64,000 nt of DNA from NCBI GenBank assembly GCA_965649765.1, contig OZ287749.1:21824001-21888000 (forward strand), read 5' to 3'. The stretch's first letter is position 1; every line of letters begins with the position of its first letter. Below the pieces are notes generated by a model that was not told where the DNA came from, did not search any database, and saw nothing but the letters and a program-made list of their open reading frames with translations. The stretch comes from Bispira polyomma. Its lineage: Eukaryota. Position numbers and translations under genes: made by a program. This document shows positions 63,285 to 64,000 of the stretch, piece by piece.

Positions 63285-64000
63285 AGGAAATAGTTGGGTT
63301 TTGTGGTGAGAAATAATCCTTGTTTGCATGTATTTTGGACAAACACATTGCCTGGCTTTAAAAGAAGACGTTTGAGAAGATATAGAAAATAGAAAATTTA
63401 TAATAGATGTTTTTTTTTGATTTGGATAAATTTTATCTTGCTACTAACTAACCATAATTACTAGAAAGAATATATATGTTGTGAAAATTAAATTTGTTAA
63501 ACTACTGGTACTGCTGTAACTGGATATATTGGTTAATAATCTCCTAGAAGCATTGATATTTTTAGCCCAAATAGATTGTGTGGTATTGAAAACAAAATGA
63601 CAACTAAATATATGGAACACTATATCGATGACATATTTAAAAGCAATCTTTTAAAATATTTTATTTCCAGTCACAAACAATGGGTGGGTGAACCTTTTAA
63701 CTGTTGGTTGGCATTAATTGTTACAGCACCAGTACAGTACATAGCATTGTTGGATTATTATTGTTAGTGTATCAAGGAAGCCACTTACATGTTAACGAAG
63801 ATATAACAGATGCCTATTGGAATCTACATGGTACTAGTATTCAACCTTTCATGGATTGTCGATGGTTCAGGTAAATTTTAAATCTAAAAATAGCAAGTAT
63901 AGTATTTTTTTTAAATTTTAAAGTCTAGGAAGTAAGATTGTGTATTTGTCAGTGTAAAGGTAAACAAGAAACTGGTCCATAATACATTTATAATATACAT

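Overview
AT-rich eukaryotic (animal, probably marine invertebrate; taxon not determinable here) intergenic or intronic DNA dominated by transposable elements. No host protein-coding gene can be supported. Main contents: (1) a near-complete tyrosine-recombinase (YR) retrotransposon of the Ngaro/PAT split-direct-repeat type on the minus strand (650-7149; A1-gag-RT/RNaseH-YR-B1-A2-spacer-B2). Its A2-B2 spacer holds a ~200-nt GC-rich rod-like RNA fold. An internally deleted relative lies at ~12.4-13.5 kb. (2) A Gmr1-type Ty3/Gypsy LTR retrotransposon (32351-38671; gag-PR-IN-RT-RH order, 775-bp LTRs carrying heat-shock elements, integrase core deleted). It is nested in a solo LTR of its own family, inside a MITE, inside one copy of a tandemly duplicated, decayed and possibly LRR-coding segment. 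A third solo LTR lies at 19620-20408. (3) Many tRNA-derived SINEs, L2-like LINE 3' fragments, MITEs, Helentron/DINE-1-like non-autonomous elements and minisatellites. All alignments, folds and identities were done by eye; boundaries of old repeats are approximate.
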